Shown here in pieces: positions 1-15,343 of a stretch of 64,000 nucleotides of DNA (its first letter is position 1; the number at the start of each line of letters is the position of its first letter). Made by a program: the position numbers and the translations under genes. Origin of the DNA: Octopus vulgaris (Eukaryota); assembly GCA_951406725.2 (NCBI GenBank), contig OX597824.1, positions 90,644,001-90,708,000 of the forward strand, given 5' to 3'. Under the pieces are notes generated by a model. That model was not told the origin of the DNA, did no database searches, and saw only the letters and a list, made by a program, of their open reading frames with translations.

Positions 1-264
1 AAGTAGCAGCTGACTACTGGGGCTGATGTAATCGAATTATCTCCTCCAGCGAATTTGCTGGCATTGTGACAAAATCTGAAGCCAATGTTTATACTTTATA
101 CATAAGTCTATACTTGAAGTGTTTTGGAAAATTTGAGAACACATCGCACATCCTCCATCGTGCGTTCTTCAGTTTACTCTCCCATCTTTCTTCTTTTCCT
201 CTTCTCATACGTGCATGGTGGAAGTCAACTCGTGAGCGACAAAGACCAATTCAAGCACAATAAT

Positions 265-477
265 CATTTCTACTAAGGCACAAGGCTTGAAATTTGGTGA
301 GAAGGGACTAGTCGGTTAGATCAACCCCACTATACAACTGGTACTGAATTTATTGACCCCGAAAGGATGAAAAGCAGAGTCGACCTCGGTGGAATTTGAA
401 CTTAGAGCGTAACGACGGGTGAAATACCGCGAAGAGTTTCGTCCAGCGCGCTAACAATTCTGCCAGCTCGCCGCCTT
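265..477 (-). mobile_element. tRNA-derived SINE family B (Meta/MESC-like central domain)
   Basis: Reverse complement reads GGCGGCGAGCTGGCAGAATTGTTAGCGCG...GTTCAAATTCC..CGAGGTCGAC..CTTTTCATCCTTTCGGGGTCAATAAA; the same sequence recurs many times in the window. Confidence 0.85.
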
Positions 478-1291
478 ATATTTGAGCACAATCATAAGAG
501 TGAATATGTGTAGAACATGTATCCATGTGTGCATACATGCATACATGTATGTATGTATGTATGTATGTATGTATGTATGTATGTATGTATGTATGTATTT
601 GTTCTTTCTATGTATGTAATTATACTCTCGCATACACGTATACATGCACACGTCTCTATTTGGTGTTATTTTAAGCAACTGTCAAACGAATTTAATTGCT
701 TTATAATTATCTCAATAAATAGCCAAAAAATCATTGTATAATGTTATAATTTCGAAAAATTATAAGAGGAATTCATTGTATAATTGTATGATATTCGTAA
801 TTAGCATAAAAATGAACTCTCTCGTAAAAAAGACAATTTTCGTTTTGTAATCAACTCAAAACACAATTATCCAAGCTTGAAATGAACCTACGTCCAGAAT
901 TCTTTATAGAGGATAGATTAGAAATGATTAAATATACCGAGTGTATTACTGGTATAGAAATGGCTGTCTTTCTTTTTTATATATACGAAAAAACGGAGTC
1001 TGTGATTTTGCTAGTAATTTTGAGAGTAAGGGGAATGAGGTGTGTTTGTTAAGAATCGAGGTCGGATGGTGCTCTTTCAGCTTCTTCACGATTTTCTGTT
1101 TCCAACGACTGAACCCAGGAATTTTAATGAACCACATGCATATGGGTGTGGGTGTATATGTATAGTGTATATACATAGTGTATATCAATATCTCTCTCTC
1201 TCTCTCTCTCTCAGGCCATGTGCTAATAATTGAAAGGATTATAGGGCTCAATATATGCTGTGCGGTGTATAAATTGATCTGTTCGGTTGAG

Positions 1292-1540
1292 TGAAGGCGA
1301 TGGCTTACTGGTTTGGGTATTTGGCTGACGGTCGTAAGGTCGTGTGTTCGTTTCCCGGCGGCGCGTTGTGTCTATGGGCAAGATACTTTATTCATGTTGC
1401 TCCAATCCACTCAGCTGGTAAAAATCAGTTGTACTCGAAATTCAAAGAGAAAGCCCTGTCGCATTTTATGTCACGCTGACTCTCCCTGATATCTACGTTC
1501 AGGATACACCAGTTTGTGGAGTACTCAGCCACTTGCACTT
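1292..1540 (+). mobile_element. tRNA-derived SINE family C, diverged copy
   Basis: TGAAGGCG..TGGCTTACTGG..GTTCGTTTCCC head and GTGGAGTACTCAGCCACTTGCAC tail, shared with the 7432-7738 copy. Confidence 0.7.
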
Positions 1541-1563
1541 TATATATATATATATATATATAT

Positions 1564-1720
1564 GCAGTAGCGGCTGTGTGGTAAGAAGCTTTTTTTCCAA
1601 ACACATGGTTCCGGGTTCACTCCCACTGCGTAGCAACTTGGGTGTCTTCTACTATAGCCTCGGGCCGACCAAGCCTTGTGAGTGGATTTGTTAGCGGAAA
1701 CTGAAAGAAACCCATCGTAT
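1564..1720 (+). mobile_element. SINE family A (tRNA head plus CORE-like domain), 5' half
   Basis: GGCTGTGTGGTAAGAAGC..GGTTCCGGGTTCACTCCCACTGCG..GTCTTCTACTATAGCCTCGGGCCGACC, matching the full copy at 59057-59461. Confidence 0.85.
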
Positions 1721-1789
<69 letters not shown>

Positions 1790-1814
1790 CCTACGTGCAT
1801 ATACGGAAATATAT

Positions 1815-2109
1815 TCTTTTTCTTGTTTCAGTCATTTGACTGCGGCCACGCTGGAGCACAGCCTTTAGTCGAAGAAATCGATCCCAGGACTTATTCTTTG
1901 TAAACCTAGTCCTTATTCTATCGGTCTCTTATGCCGAAACGCTAACTTACTGGGACGTAAACACACCAGCATCGGTTGTCAAGCGATGATGGGGAGACAA
2001 ACACAGACCTACAAACGCACACAAACATATGTCCAAGGTGCCACGCAGTGGGACTGAACCCGGAACCATGTGGTTGGGAAGCAAGCTTCTTACCACACAG
2101 CCACGCCTA
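1815..2109 (-). mobile_element. SINE family A, internally deleted
   Basis: Reverse complement carries the head (2030-2109) and the 3' half (1815-2010) of the 59057 consensus. Confidence 0.85.
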
Positions 2110-2631
2110 TGAGTTTAAAACATTTTCCTTCCGTGCCATTTCGTGATTCGTCCATATGCCTAACCAAATGTTTGAAACTCGTTGCCATGGATACCAAGCT
2201 TGATTGAAACATCGTTACCTGATTAATAATTGTTGAGAATCCATCACAAAATGGTATCATTCCGTTTATCCGGATGGTTACAATCACGTTACCATCGTTA
2301 CCGATGTTATTTTTGTTAAATTCTTCAGCCTCCAAAATATTAATCGCTACAAGTGCATTAATATGCCTTTTAGAGAGTAATAAAAATATAACGGTCACAT
2401 AAGCACACACACACATACATACATATATACACTTATATAATATATATTCATATACATACATACATATATATATACACATATACATATACACATATATACA
2501 TGCATACTTAATATATATATATACATACACACACACACCCACATATATATATATATATTTACATACATACATCTACATATGTATATATATACGTATACAC
2601 ACACACATATATATACGCGGAGATACGTATG

Positions 2632-2669
<38 letters not shown>

Positions 2670-2718
2670 TATAGTTAATCCAAACATGAAAACACAAAGA
2701 GAAAACACACACACACAC

Positions 2719-2790
<72 letters not shown>

Positions 2791-3895
2791 GTGTGTGTGT
2801 GTATAAACGAAGCTGGTACTTGGCTTTATTGCTACTGAGAGTTTCTAGTTTCTGACAACCGAGTTCTTTCCGACAAAATGGAATGGAGAAATATTTTTCT
2901 CTCTCACCTGAACGAATGAGAGGTGATCGGCCAACCTCGATGTAGCGACTGAACGAAGTAAAAGTTTCGCATTTTCAAATAACTATACTTTGTAATATGT
3001 ATTGAGTACTCTTTCTATCATTTCTCAAGCAGAAAAAACACGCATGGTGGAAGATATGTACGTGCATGTGGGTGTGTGCATGTATTTGTGTGTATGTGTT
3101 TGTGTCCGTGTATATTCGCGCTCTGCATTTGCGTTCGTGCGCATGCGTACTCATGTGTGTGTTTGTTCCTTATATAATACGATTCCAGTGTTTGTTCTCC
3201 GAAGACTCGGTTCCCTCTGTTTCTTTCTTTTCCCCTTTGCTTCTCCCTTCTTTTTTTTTTACCTCTTCCCTCCTCTAGAGAATTCCAATTCTCACAGACC
3301 ACATCTTATCTCGAAGACATTCAGCAATCGTACACCAATTCTAATAATAGTGTTTTGTGTCGACCTAAATCAACGACATCAAAAATATTTTCACACACTG
3401 TCCCAATCGGTTGCCAATTTTGCGATATGCCGTGCCAAATGGGAAACTTAAGTTGAATCATGCCATTGGCAAAGGATTGGTTCCTGTTTTCAGCCAAATT
3501 AACAAACCTACGAGATCTTAGTAACTCTAGCCTACAGCTAAACGTTAAGTCGGTGGGAAATATATTCGCTTTTTGTCAAGCTTCCAGCATTGGGGAAAGC
3601 TTTGGAAATATTATTGTATATATTTATTTATATTTGATCACATATCAAAATAATTGTGGTTATTGGTGTTGTTATTGTTGTTGGTATTTGTTATGGTTGT
3701 TGTTGTTGTTGTTACTGCTGCTGTTGGTGGAGCTTGTATTGTTCGCTCATATATTTAGTTGTTGGAATTGTGATAATTATTTTGGTGTGTATGACTGACC
3801 AGTCGGATCTGTGAGACATTTCTAAAGCGTATTGTTGACCGGAAGTGAACATGATTTTGATGTAGAGGACATAATGATGTGTATTTTACGCCATT

Positions 3896-3948
<53 letters not shown>

Positions 3949-4124
3949 GTTTATACCCCAGAACGAAAAATATCACACCTCACTCCTTGAATAAAATTTA
4001 ATTTCCATTCACCTCCAAAATGAACAATCGAATTTTTCATTATTTTTCAGTCTCACAGCAACGAGGTTAGCAGATCCATAACCACCAGGGACAAAATGCT
4101 CAATTGCATTCTTTTTGACTTCTT

Positions 4125-4440
4125 ACGTTCTGTGGCCAGCTTTGCTTTTCATCTTTTCGGGTTGATAGATGCTGGTGGTAAACTGGGGTCGATAAAAAGA
4201 ACCAGTGAGGCAGTGGGAGTCGGTGTAATCCCCTCAAAATCGCTGCTCTTGCGCCGAAATAGCAAAGAGTTATTTTTTAGAATCCTTAGAGAATCGGAAA
4301 GGGCTTTCTCCAAGGTCAGCTTTGCATGTCATCCTTTTGGTGTCAATAAAATAAAACACCAGGCAAGTATTGGGGTCGATAAAATCGATTAACCTCCTAT
4401 ACTCAAAATTAGTGTCCTTCTGTCGAAGACAGAAACCATT
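4125..4440 (+). mobile_element. SINE family B fragments (two partial central domains)
   Basis: CTTTGCTTTTCATCTTTTCGGG and CTTTGCATGTCATCCTTTTGGTGTCAATAAA..TGGGGTCGAT motifs. Confidence 0.6.
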
Positions 4441-4464
4441 ATTAATTTTATATCGTCATCATCG

Positions 4465-4528
<64 letters not shown>

Positions 4529-4545
4529 TATTATGTTAAAACATC

Positions 4546-4760
4546 TCTTTCTAATGTTGGCACAAGTCCAGCAATTTCATGGGGGAAAGGTTTGTTGAAT
4601 ACATCGACTCCGGTATTTGGCAGGCATTTTATTTTATCGACGCCAAAAGGATGAAAAGCGAAGTCGACCCCGACGGAATTTGAACATAGAACATAAAACC
4701 GGAAGAAATGCCGCGAAGCATTTTGTTCGGCAGTTAAAGATTCTGCCAACTCGCCGCCGT
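4546..4760 (-). mobile_element. SINE family B
   Basis: AAGGATGAAAAGCGAAGTCGACCCCGACGGAATTTGAAC..TTCTGCCAACTCGCCGCC on the + strand. Confidence 0.85.
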
Positions 4761-5513
4761 ATAGGCTTGTAAAAAACAAAAACAGTTATTTTCCAATTCA
4801 GTATTTTTTATAATTCAATTCGCTTAAACCTTTGCCTGTCCTGTATTTCACCGGAGAAATTTCTCTGGTGTCTATGCATCATATATACTACACATCCTCA
4901 GCTTTTTTTAAAGCACCAGAGTAACTCGGGACTCATGAAAGGAAAGTTTTATATTACACCAAAACGGATGGCAGAACTGGCCAACCAAAAATTTGAAAAC
5001 AAGCATGTACCTTTTAGGACAAATATATAGCAATGTTTTGGTCAGGCAAAGATTTTAAATATATTAATTTTTTAAATGTTTTCTGTTGTGAAACTTTGGT
5101 TATATGCATTATTGATGACGCCGGAAAGAACCGAATATTTTCTGCCAGAGCTCCAGAGTTCATTTATGAAAATGAGCTTGATATTTTAAATGAAACGGCC
5201 ACGAGTAACACATCACATCCAATCTGGTCATTGTCCCACAGTCTAATTTTCTCATAAAATTATGCGTTTTTGAATCTTTTTTTCAGCTGAATAAGTTATA
5301 TTTCACTATATATGATGTGTGTGTGTATACACACACTACGTGTATATATATATAAATATATATATATACATATATATACATGTGTGTGTGTGTGTGTGTG
5401 TATGTGTGTGTGTATGTGTGTGCGCGTGTGTGTATCTCCCTTTCTTACAACGCTATTTTTAAAATTTTCAAACACCCTAGAGGGACACACACACACACAT
5501 ATATATGCATATG

Positions 5514-5664
<151 letters not shown>

Positions 5665-7023
5665 TTATGTATATATGTATGTATGTATCATATCAGTACA
5701 GAACGAATGTTCTATTCATTCTGTCCTGCAGAAACCACCCCTGATACACATGTTAAAAAGTGTCAAAATATCTATTTTACTCCCATTTATGGCTTCATTT
5801 TTTTTTTCCCATTTATTTATCTCTTTTTCTCTCTACACATTTATATTTCAGGTGAAATTATTTAAGACTTAATATTTAATTCTTTTTTTCACAAAATTTA
5901 TTTTATGGAGGGCAATGGTCCAATGATGAAAATGACAGTGACTCGCATCCCACTCATTTCTATATTCTCTACATTTCCTAAAATATGAGCAAAATAGCTT
6001 GAATGACAGTAAAATTAATCACCAAAAAGAAAAAAAATTGGAAGTCACCGCTGACTCCAATGGAAAGGAAAGTGTTAAGTCTTCGACCCCCGATTAAGTT
6101 TATAGCCCAAATTTTAATCATCTGATCTCATTAGAGTTATCTCCCTTGCTTGCAAAGCTATTTTTAAAATTTCCAAACCCCCTAGAGGGAATTTTTTTTT
6201 TTTTATTAATAATCGCATGTTCATCGCGGTTCTAATGATCTCAGTTGATCGAAGAATTTCAACTCAGAATATTACATATAGGAACACCTTACCGTATTCA
6301 GAGATTAAGACAAGGTGACTTCTTAATTTCCTGCTAAAGAATTAGTGTAAATTAGAAATTTCAAAAGCATACGTGCCAGAGTTCCAGTGGATAATCTAAT
6401 TTAAACTCTGCCAGCGTGAAGTTATTGTGTGTATATCTTAGAAAATGTGTATGTGTGTTTGTTTGTGTGTGTACGAGACTTCACTGAGAAAATACATGTC
6501 TGACAGGGCTGTCTACGCAGAAGTATCTAGAATACCAGCTCAATGCACATCTGCTCTGGGACGTATACATGTATGTATGTATGTATGTATGTATGTATGT
6601 ATGTATGTATGTATGCATGTATGTATGCATGTATGTATGCATGCATGTATGTATGTAAGTATGTATGTATGTAAGTATGAATTATGTATGTATGTATGTA
6701 GGCATGTATGTATGCATGCATGTATGTATGTAAGTATGTATGTATGTATGTATGTATGTATGTATGTATGTATGTACATACGTATTTATTTATTTATTTA
6801 TACATGAGTGTATATATCTATGTGTTTGTACGAATATGCGTATACATACTTGTTCACACACACATTTGTGTATAAGTATATTTGTACACACAAACGTACA
6901 CGGATAAACACTCATACGCAAATGTGTATATAAGTGCGAATATACGTTAGTGTATATGCATGTCTGTATATATATATATATATATGCATATATATGCATG
7001 TGTATGTATATATATATACATAC

Positions 7024-7132
<109 letters not shown>

Positions 7133-7312
7133 AATAGATATATACATATATATACGCATACATACATATGCTGAATATAGGTATATTGACTGATTGGTAT
7201 GCACAGGTAGGTAGACAGGTATCTACACAAATATACTATTTAGTAAGCGACTTTATATATGTGTTGACTCAACACAAAATCACATGTGTATGAATATGCG
7301 TGTGTGATCTGC

Positions 7313-7358
<46 letters not shown>

Positions 7359-7431
7359 ATACATACATACATACATACATACATACATACATACATACAT
7401 ACATACATACATACATACATACATACATGAA

Positions 7432-7738
7432 TACTCCGTCGGTTACGACGACGAGGGTCCAAGCTGATACGATCACCGGAACAGCCTGCTCATGAAATTA
7501 ACGTGCAAGTGGCTGAGCACTCCACAGACACGTGTACCCTTAATGCAGTTCTCAGGAAGATTCAGCGTGACACAGAGTGTGACATGGCTGAGAGGTACTG
7601 CTCATTTTTGCCAGATGAGTGGACTCGAACAACCTGAAATGAAGTGTGTTGTTCAAGGACACAACGCAGCGCCGGAATTGGACTTACGACCTTACAATCG
7701 TGAACCGAAAACCTTACCACTAAGCCACGTGCCTTCAC
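7432..7738 (-). mobile_element. tRNA-derived SINE family C
   Basis: Reverse complement begins TGAAGGCACGTGGCTTAGTGGTAAGG (A box), followed by a B-box-like AGTCCAATTCC and GTGTCCTTGAACAACAC; homologous to 1292-1540. Confidence 0.8.
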
Positions 7739-7947
7739 TATATGTAACATATATAGATGCGCTTATGTATATTCTCCAAATCGTTCTCTCATATGTTCTT
7801 TTAGAATATAAGAAATGTTCACTTAATTTGATAATTGGACAAATATCTGTCATCTTTCTTGCAAAAGTATGATAGGTATAAACTCTACGAAGTCTAGTGA
7901 GTAACTCTTTAGTCTAATGTAAGTGTTAGGAAGTCTCTTTTATCTCC

Positions 7948-8034
<87 letters not shown>

Positions 8035-8060
8035 TGTATGTATGTTTATATATATATATA

Positions 8061-8100
8061 TCTTACGGCCGTTTCGTATAAACTTTATACATGTTCCAGA
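8061..8100 (-). ncRNA. degenerate minimal type I hammerhead ribozyme (G3:C8-type core with a 1-nt deletion)
   Basis: Minus strand: UCU-GGAACA-U-GUAUAA-agu-UUAUAC-GAAAC-ggcc-GUA-AGA. Stems I-III are present but the core is one base short. Confidence 0.5.
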
Positions 8101-8503
8101 TTCCTTATGAATCATCTTACATTCGCTTTATCCTCTTCTTCATTGATTCAAAATCGAACAATCGAACTTCGAAAGTACATTTATGAACTTATATTTTTTA
8201 TATATTTAGATTTACGAATTTTTATGTGTTTATGAATTTTTATATGTCTGTGAATTTTTACATAATTGTAAATTTTCGTGTATATGTATGTATTTATAGA
8301 TTCTTACGAATTTTTGTATATCATATAGATGAATGCATCTATGTATGTACTTTGTATACCATGGAGATCTTCGTTAATGTGGATTGACTGTATATATACA
8401 CAGACCTTTGAATTTGTCTTCTCTCCTCCTTAATTTTATATTCCTGAAGCTCTATCAGAGTTGAGCTGTATAAAGTGGATTCTTATATCACTTGTTTCTT
8501 CAT

Positions 8504-8534
<31 letters not shown>

Positions 8535-8550
8535 AGAGATATATATTGAT

Positions 8551-8646
8551 AAAAATGGTAAGACAACAAAAGAATGAAAGCGACCTCGATATTATGTAAA
8601 TAGAGGAATTTATCTGTAAATGTAAATTGTCACATATTACATTTAC

Positions 8647-8651
<5 letters not shown>
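8551..8651. mobile_element. (TA)n-flanked fold-back element, deleted relative of 41447-41705
   Basis: AAAATGGTAAGACAACAAAAGAATGAAAGCGACCTC matches 41447-41485; internal inverted repeat TATCTGTAAATGTAA / TTACATTTACAGATA (8611-8651). Confidence 0.7.
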
Positions 8652-8695
<44 letters not shown>

Positions 8696-8696
8696 T

Positions 8697-8918
8697 GGGG
8701 GGACAAACACAGACACAAATAACAAACAGACAGACACATACACACACATATATATATATACATATATACGAAGGGCTTCTTTCAGTTTTCATCTACCAAA
8801 TCCACTCACAAGGCTTTGGTCGGCCCGAGGCTATAGTGGAAGACACTTACCCAAGGTGTCACACTGTAGGACTGAACCCGGAACCATGTGGTTAGGAAGC
8901 AAGCTACTTACCACATAG
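8697..8918 (-). mobile_element. SINE family A, 5' portion
   Basis: CTTCAGTTTTCATCTACCAAATCCACTCACAAGGCTTTGGTCGGCCCGAGGCTATAG..GAACCCGGAACCATGTGG. Confidence 0.85.
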
Positions 8919-8921
8919 CGA

Positions 8922-9089
<168 letters not shown>

Positions 9090-9260
9090 AAAAAGTATGT
9101 ATGGATATATATATGCTTCACTGTTATTCGAATACAGGAAAGAATATGAGATTATATAAATGACAAATGGAATGGGTTTTTTTTCCTCAAAAACTTGATT
9201 CTACATTTTGATGTTTTACCATTTATATATAATTGCCTTCCAAAATAAAGTTACATTTGA

Positions 9261-9341
9261 AACTCTGACGAAGCTACAAGGTGATGCCCAAATTCTCAAC
9301 TGTGACTGCATTACGTCTCATAGCAGAAACAGCTGTAAGGT
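9261..9341 (+). ncRNA. type I hammerhead ribozyme, long stem II, weak stem I
   Basis: CTGACGA (9265-9271), GCTA...TAGC stem II, GAAAC (9326-9330), palindromic loop AGCT, GTA triplet (9335-9337). Confidence 0.65.
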
Positions 9342-9446
9342 AATGGAGCACATTACATAATTCCGTCTTCCCTTGTCAGTCATTTATATAATCTCATTAC
9401 GCTCTGTATTGGACAACGCTTTTCTCTTAGGCATATGTATATATAC

Positions 9447-9500
<54 letters not shown>

Positions 9501-9598
9501 GTATATATATATATATATATATACATACTTATACATATACATACATACATATATATATATACATACATACATACATACATACATACATACATACTTAC

Positions 9599-9675
<77 letters not shown>

Positions 9676-10084
9676 CTTTTGTATTTCTATACATACATTT
9701 ATATACATGCATATGTATGTATGTGCGTGTACAGGAGAGCAATGTTAGAAATTATCTGAGAATGAATGGTTCGCGCCCTTGTAATATGATTATGGCTAAT
9801 CAGACGGATCTCTGGGCGTACAGATCTTTTGATGGGGCACTTAGCTGCTTCAGTTCGGTTGTTCGAGGCAAGTGCACCTGCAAGGGCAGGACGTAGTGGG
9901 GTTTTCAGAGATATGGATACCTCATGGCTGCGATGCACAAATGCAAACGTAATCAGCCTTAGACACATTGACATGTTTCATGCATGTTATACATGTCGCA
10001 AAATAATATCCGTATGTTTCCCGCCTTCTTCCGCTTCCCCTCTCTCTCACACTCACTTCCTGTTTCTATCTCTCTGGGTATGTG

Positions 10085-10151
<67 letters not shown>

Positions 10152-10316
10152 ATGTATATATATATATATGTATATATATATGTATATATATATATGTATA
10201 TATATATATACATACACACGAACACACACATGTACTTACATAAATACATACATGAATACATATATATATATATGTATGTGTGTGTGAGTGTGTGCATAGA
10301 TATGCATATGAACAGA

Positions 10317-10472
10317 CGCAGGCGTTGCTGTGTGGTAAGAAGCTAGCTTCACAACCTCATGGATACAGGTTCAATCCTACTGCGTGTATTCAACTATAGC
10401 CTTGGGCCGACCAAAATCCTGTGAGTTGATTTGGTGGACAGAAATTGAAAAGAAGCCCGTTCTATATATATA

Positions 10473-10503
<31 letters not shown>

Positions 10504-10529
10504 TGTATGTATGTATGTATGTATGTATG

Positions 10530-10590
<61 letters not shown>

Positions 10591-10817
10591 GTGTATGTCT
10601 GCCTATATGTATATGTGTGTGTATGTGCTCTTGTGTCTGTGGTTTATCCACCACCACCGCCGCTTGACAGCCGGTGTTGGTGTATTTACGAGCCGTAACT
10701 TAGTGGTTCGGCAAAAGAGACCTAAAGAATACGCATCAGGATCGATTCATTCGACTAAAAATTTTTCCTGACGGTGCCCCAGCATGACCGTAGTCTAATG
10801 ATGAAGCAAATAAAAGA
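10317..10817 (+). mobile_element. SINE family A, full length, with internal microsatellite
   Basis: Head 10317-10462, (TATG)n/(TA)n spacer, and 3' half 10625-10817 match the consensus. Confidence 0.8.
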
Positions 10818-11162
10818 AACATACTGTATGTCTATGTAGTGGTTTACTTTGACGAAACAAACTTTCTCATTAATTCTTCTCCTATTCCTGTGTTGCGTTT
10901 TAACTGAATAATTGAAATAGTGTTAGGCTATTTTGTTATTAACTCGAGTCATATATTACCCAAAATTTATCACGAACCATTTAATACATACGTTTCAAAT
11001 GGTTACGCTACTAGTTGTTACGCAAGTACTGTTACATATGCATATATGCACACACACACACACACATACATATATGTGATTGTATATAAATTTGTATATA
11101 GATTATGGCTATAAGTTTGTGGTTATGTGTATCATAAGTCTTTTAATGTATTATAAGTTGTA

Positions 11163-11540
11163 GGGCGGCGAGCTGGCAGAATCGTTAGCACGCCGGGCGA
11201 AATGCTTAGCCGTATTTCGTCTGCCGTTACGTTTTGAGTTTAAATTCCGCCGAGGTCGACTTTGCCTTTCAACTTTTCGTGGTCGATTAAATAAGTACCA
11301 CTTACGCACTGGGGTCGATATAATCGACTTAATCCGTTTGTCTGTCTTTGTTTGTCCTCTCTGTGTTTGGCCCCTTGTGGGCAGTAAAGAAATAGGTATT
11401 TCCTATGTTTTTCCGTTCTAACTTCAAAACTCCCCCGAGGTCGATTTTGCCTTTCATCCTCTCAGGGTCGATTAAATAAGTACCAGTTATGCACTGGGGT
11501 CAATGTAATCGGCTTAAACCATTTTTCTGTCCTTGTTTGT
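11163..11540 (+). mobile_element. SINE family B with an internally repeated body
   Basis: GGCGGCGAGCTGGCAGAATCGTTAGCACGCCGGGCG head; GAGGTCGACTTTGCCTTTC..GGTCGATTAAATAAGTACC occurs twice (about 11250 and 11437). Confidence 0.9.
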
Positions 11541-11544
11541 CCCC

Positions 11545-11755
11545 TCAGACTGTGACAAAGCTGGCCCGTTGAAAATACAGGTACGACAGAAACAGAAAGG
11601 AAGAGTGAGAGAAAGTTGTGGTGAAATAGTACTGCAGGGTTCACCACTACCTCCTGCCAAGCCTCATGGAGCTTTACATGTTGTCGCTCAATTAATCGAA
11701 ACCTCGATCCTACGACCGCGTGTCCGCTGTCCTAACCACTGGGCCATTGCGCCAC
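11545..11755 (-). mobile_element. SINE, family C-related
   Basis: Reverse complement head GGCGCAATGGCCCAGTGGTTAGGACAGCGGAC..GGATCGAGGTTTCGATT (tRNA-like A and B boxes). Confidence 0.6.
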
Positions 11756-12728
11756 CAATGATCGAAACAGTATATAGCAATAGAGACATTCTGTATCACC
11801 GTGCATATCAAAGCCGTCTCTTGCTTTTTCCTGTATACGGTGTAAAGGATAATTTCCTACCCAGCACAGTTCCTGCATAATTTTAGTCCATATAACACAG
11901 AGCTTTCATATTTATAAACGTTGGATTACAAGAAAAAATATATAGCACCTAATTATACATAAAACAAACACACACACACACACACACACACAACCACATG
12001 ACCACCAACGAACAACAAAATAACGAACGCATGCACGGCGATAGTGAGCAACCAATTTCATAAAGAATAATTCTGGTCAATTGTCTTCTCTGGCAAAGTT
12101 TTATTTTACCGTTTGCCGATGAAACTTAAAGTTAGGAAAACGAACACCTGAAACCAGCGTTAGTCAATAGAGATTACTGTAATGAATTGGTAGTCCTGGG
12201 CACACGAAGGAAACACAAGAAGGAGTTTGCAGTCACCTCTCACAACTTGTATTCGCTAAAATTACAGAAACCTCATTTGCCGTATCTCACAAGTACGAAA
12301 TGCACTTTGGACAGAAAATAAATGAGAATATATATATAATGAGCGGGTATATATGTGTGTGTTTGTGTGTGTGTGTATGTGTGTGTGTGTATGCGTGTGT
12401 ATGAGTGAGTGGGTGTATATTTGCATGTGTATTTAGGTATATGTAAATGTGTATATATATATATGTATGTATATAAATATATATATATATATATATTTCT
12501 ACATATATACATACATACATAATACAAACATACATATATATACATACAAATATACATTTATATGCACACATTAATATATATTTAAAATGTGTTTTCCTTT
12601 TGTCAATTATTTCTTTGGCTTCACGATTTATGCTCATGATATATCTCTTATATCATTCTATAACATTTCAGTACACCTACACACGTACATATACATATAT
12701 ACGCATGCATATGCATATAAATGCATAC

Positions 12729-12764
<36 letters not shown>

Positions 12765-12830
12765 ACACACATGTATGTGTGTACGTATGTATCAATACAT
12801 ACATAGGTTTATATTCAGCAATACATGTTA

Positions 12831-12891
<61 letters not shown>

Positions 12892-13137
12892 AATTCCTTG
12901 ACGTGTATAGATATATTTGATGTATAAACATGTATATATACATATATACATTCATATATATATAAGTATATTTATAATATATACTACGTATATATATATA
13001 AATATATATATAAATAAATATGTATGTGTATATATATATATACCTATATACAGAAATATAATACATCTATCCAACAACATATTTGAACGTGTGCTTACAT
13101 ACACGTATATATATGTATATATATGTGTGTATGTATG

Positions 13138-13187
<50 letters not shown>

Positions 13188-13530
13188 CATATATATATTC
13201 ATGAATATATCTAACTATAAATTAGCACGTGTGAAAACACACATTACATACACACACACGTACATACTTACATATCAGCCTACGAATAACCCTATCAAAT
13301 TCGATTAAGATGCTGATCATAGAGCGAACAAGCTAAGGCTATCTCTCTGCTGTTAGCAAAGTTTGTTTAAAAATTAAAATGGCGACGCGAGAAAATAGCC
13401 GTGTTGTATTAACGGAGGAATCTGTCAAAATTGATGATAGTTCTTGGAGAAGAGCGACAGAGTGTCTGCCGTGGTGCGAGATGAGACCTTTAAGAAATTC
13501 ATACGAACGTAGAGAATGGTAGAGCAGTGT

Positions 13531-13601
<71 letters not shown>

Positions 13602-13709
13602 TGTGAGTGAATCTTATGCTTGTGATTAGGACCTTTTTTTGTTTTCTATTTTAGAGAACGCGAAGGCGAATACTGACTAATCACGTATATGTATGTTTGT
13701 ATGTATGTA

Positions 13710-13807
<98 letters not shown>

Positions 13808-14149
13808 CATGTATGTATGCATGAATTTACGAATGTATTCGTTTCTGTGGAAGCTTGTGTGTGTGTGTATGTATGTATATATGTATGTATATACAGACAT
13901 ACATCTACATATATATTGATATATGCGTATACATGTACCTATGTAAGCACATGTATTTATAAGTACACACACATAAACACACGCACACATACCCACAAAC
14001 ACACACACACATATATATAGGCAAAATCATGCTGTAAAATTTGAGTCAAAGAAGAAATAACCAATAACTACAAACGTATACAAATATATATACATATATG
14101 TGTGTGTATCAATATATATGTATATATATATATATATATATATAATATA

Positions 14150-14180
<31 letters not shown>

Positions 14181-14693
14181 CATGCATATATATATATATA
14201 CTTATATATATGTGTATATATGTGTGTATATATATTTATATGTGTGTGTATATATATATACATAGATATGTGGTTATCTCATCTATACATGCATACATGT
14301 ACGTATACAGGCATGTATGAGAATTTATTTGCATATGTATACATTCAAATACATCGGGTGTATTGTGGTTATGTATGTATATATGTATGTATATATGTAT
14401 ATATGTATGTATGTATGTATGTAGGTATGTATGTATGTGTGTATGTAGGTAGGTATGTGCTTAAGTCGTATGTGTGAAAACATGTCTTTTAAGTGAAAAT
14501 GTAAGTAAAGAGCAGTGTATGCGCATGCATGCGTGTATGTAGCTGTGTATATGCAGATATTTGTGTGTGTGTGTGTGTTTGTGTGTGTAAATGTGTATAT
14601 GTGTGTTTACTGGTAAATGTGTATATACATATATCTATATACTCGAATATACATAGCTATATATTTAAATATAATGTCAATATATGAGCTACA

Positions 14694-14739
<46 letters not shown>

Positions 14740-15003
14740 TCCATGTATATATATATATATATATACATATACATACATGCATACACAGACATATACAAAT
14801 TTATATGTAATTACAGACATGCGTTCATACATGCACAAAACCAATACAAGTGTACTTATAATGGATTGCATGTGTGTGTCTATATGATTGTCCATGTGTA
14901 TATGTGTGTAATCCCTAGCTTATGCGAATCAGTTTAAATATCTCTTTGGTATCTCAGTGTGGTTTGACCTTCATTCACATGTTCAAGTATATGCTTATGT
15001 ATG

Positions 15004-15076
<73 letters not shown>

Positions 15077-15156
15077 ATAAGCCCGTATGGATATGTGTGT
15101 GTTTATGTGTGTTTAAATATGTATCTGCATGTCTATGTATGTATCGGTATGTTTGA

Positions 15157-15204
<48 letters not shown>

Positions 15205-15311
15205 AATGTAAACAGGACGTAATACATGCAAAGTATTAATAAGATGCCCAGATAAGGAAAGAAAGTGATTGTTACATACATATACATACATACATACATA
15301 CATACATACAT

Positions 15312-15343
<32 letters not shown>

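Noticed and set aside
4846-4902. Hairpin CACCGGAGAAATTTCTCTGGTG near a minus-strand CTGAGGA
   Set aside because: The core is not adjacent to the hairpin, and no stem III or stem I can be formed.
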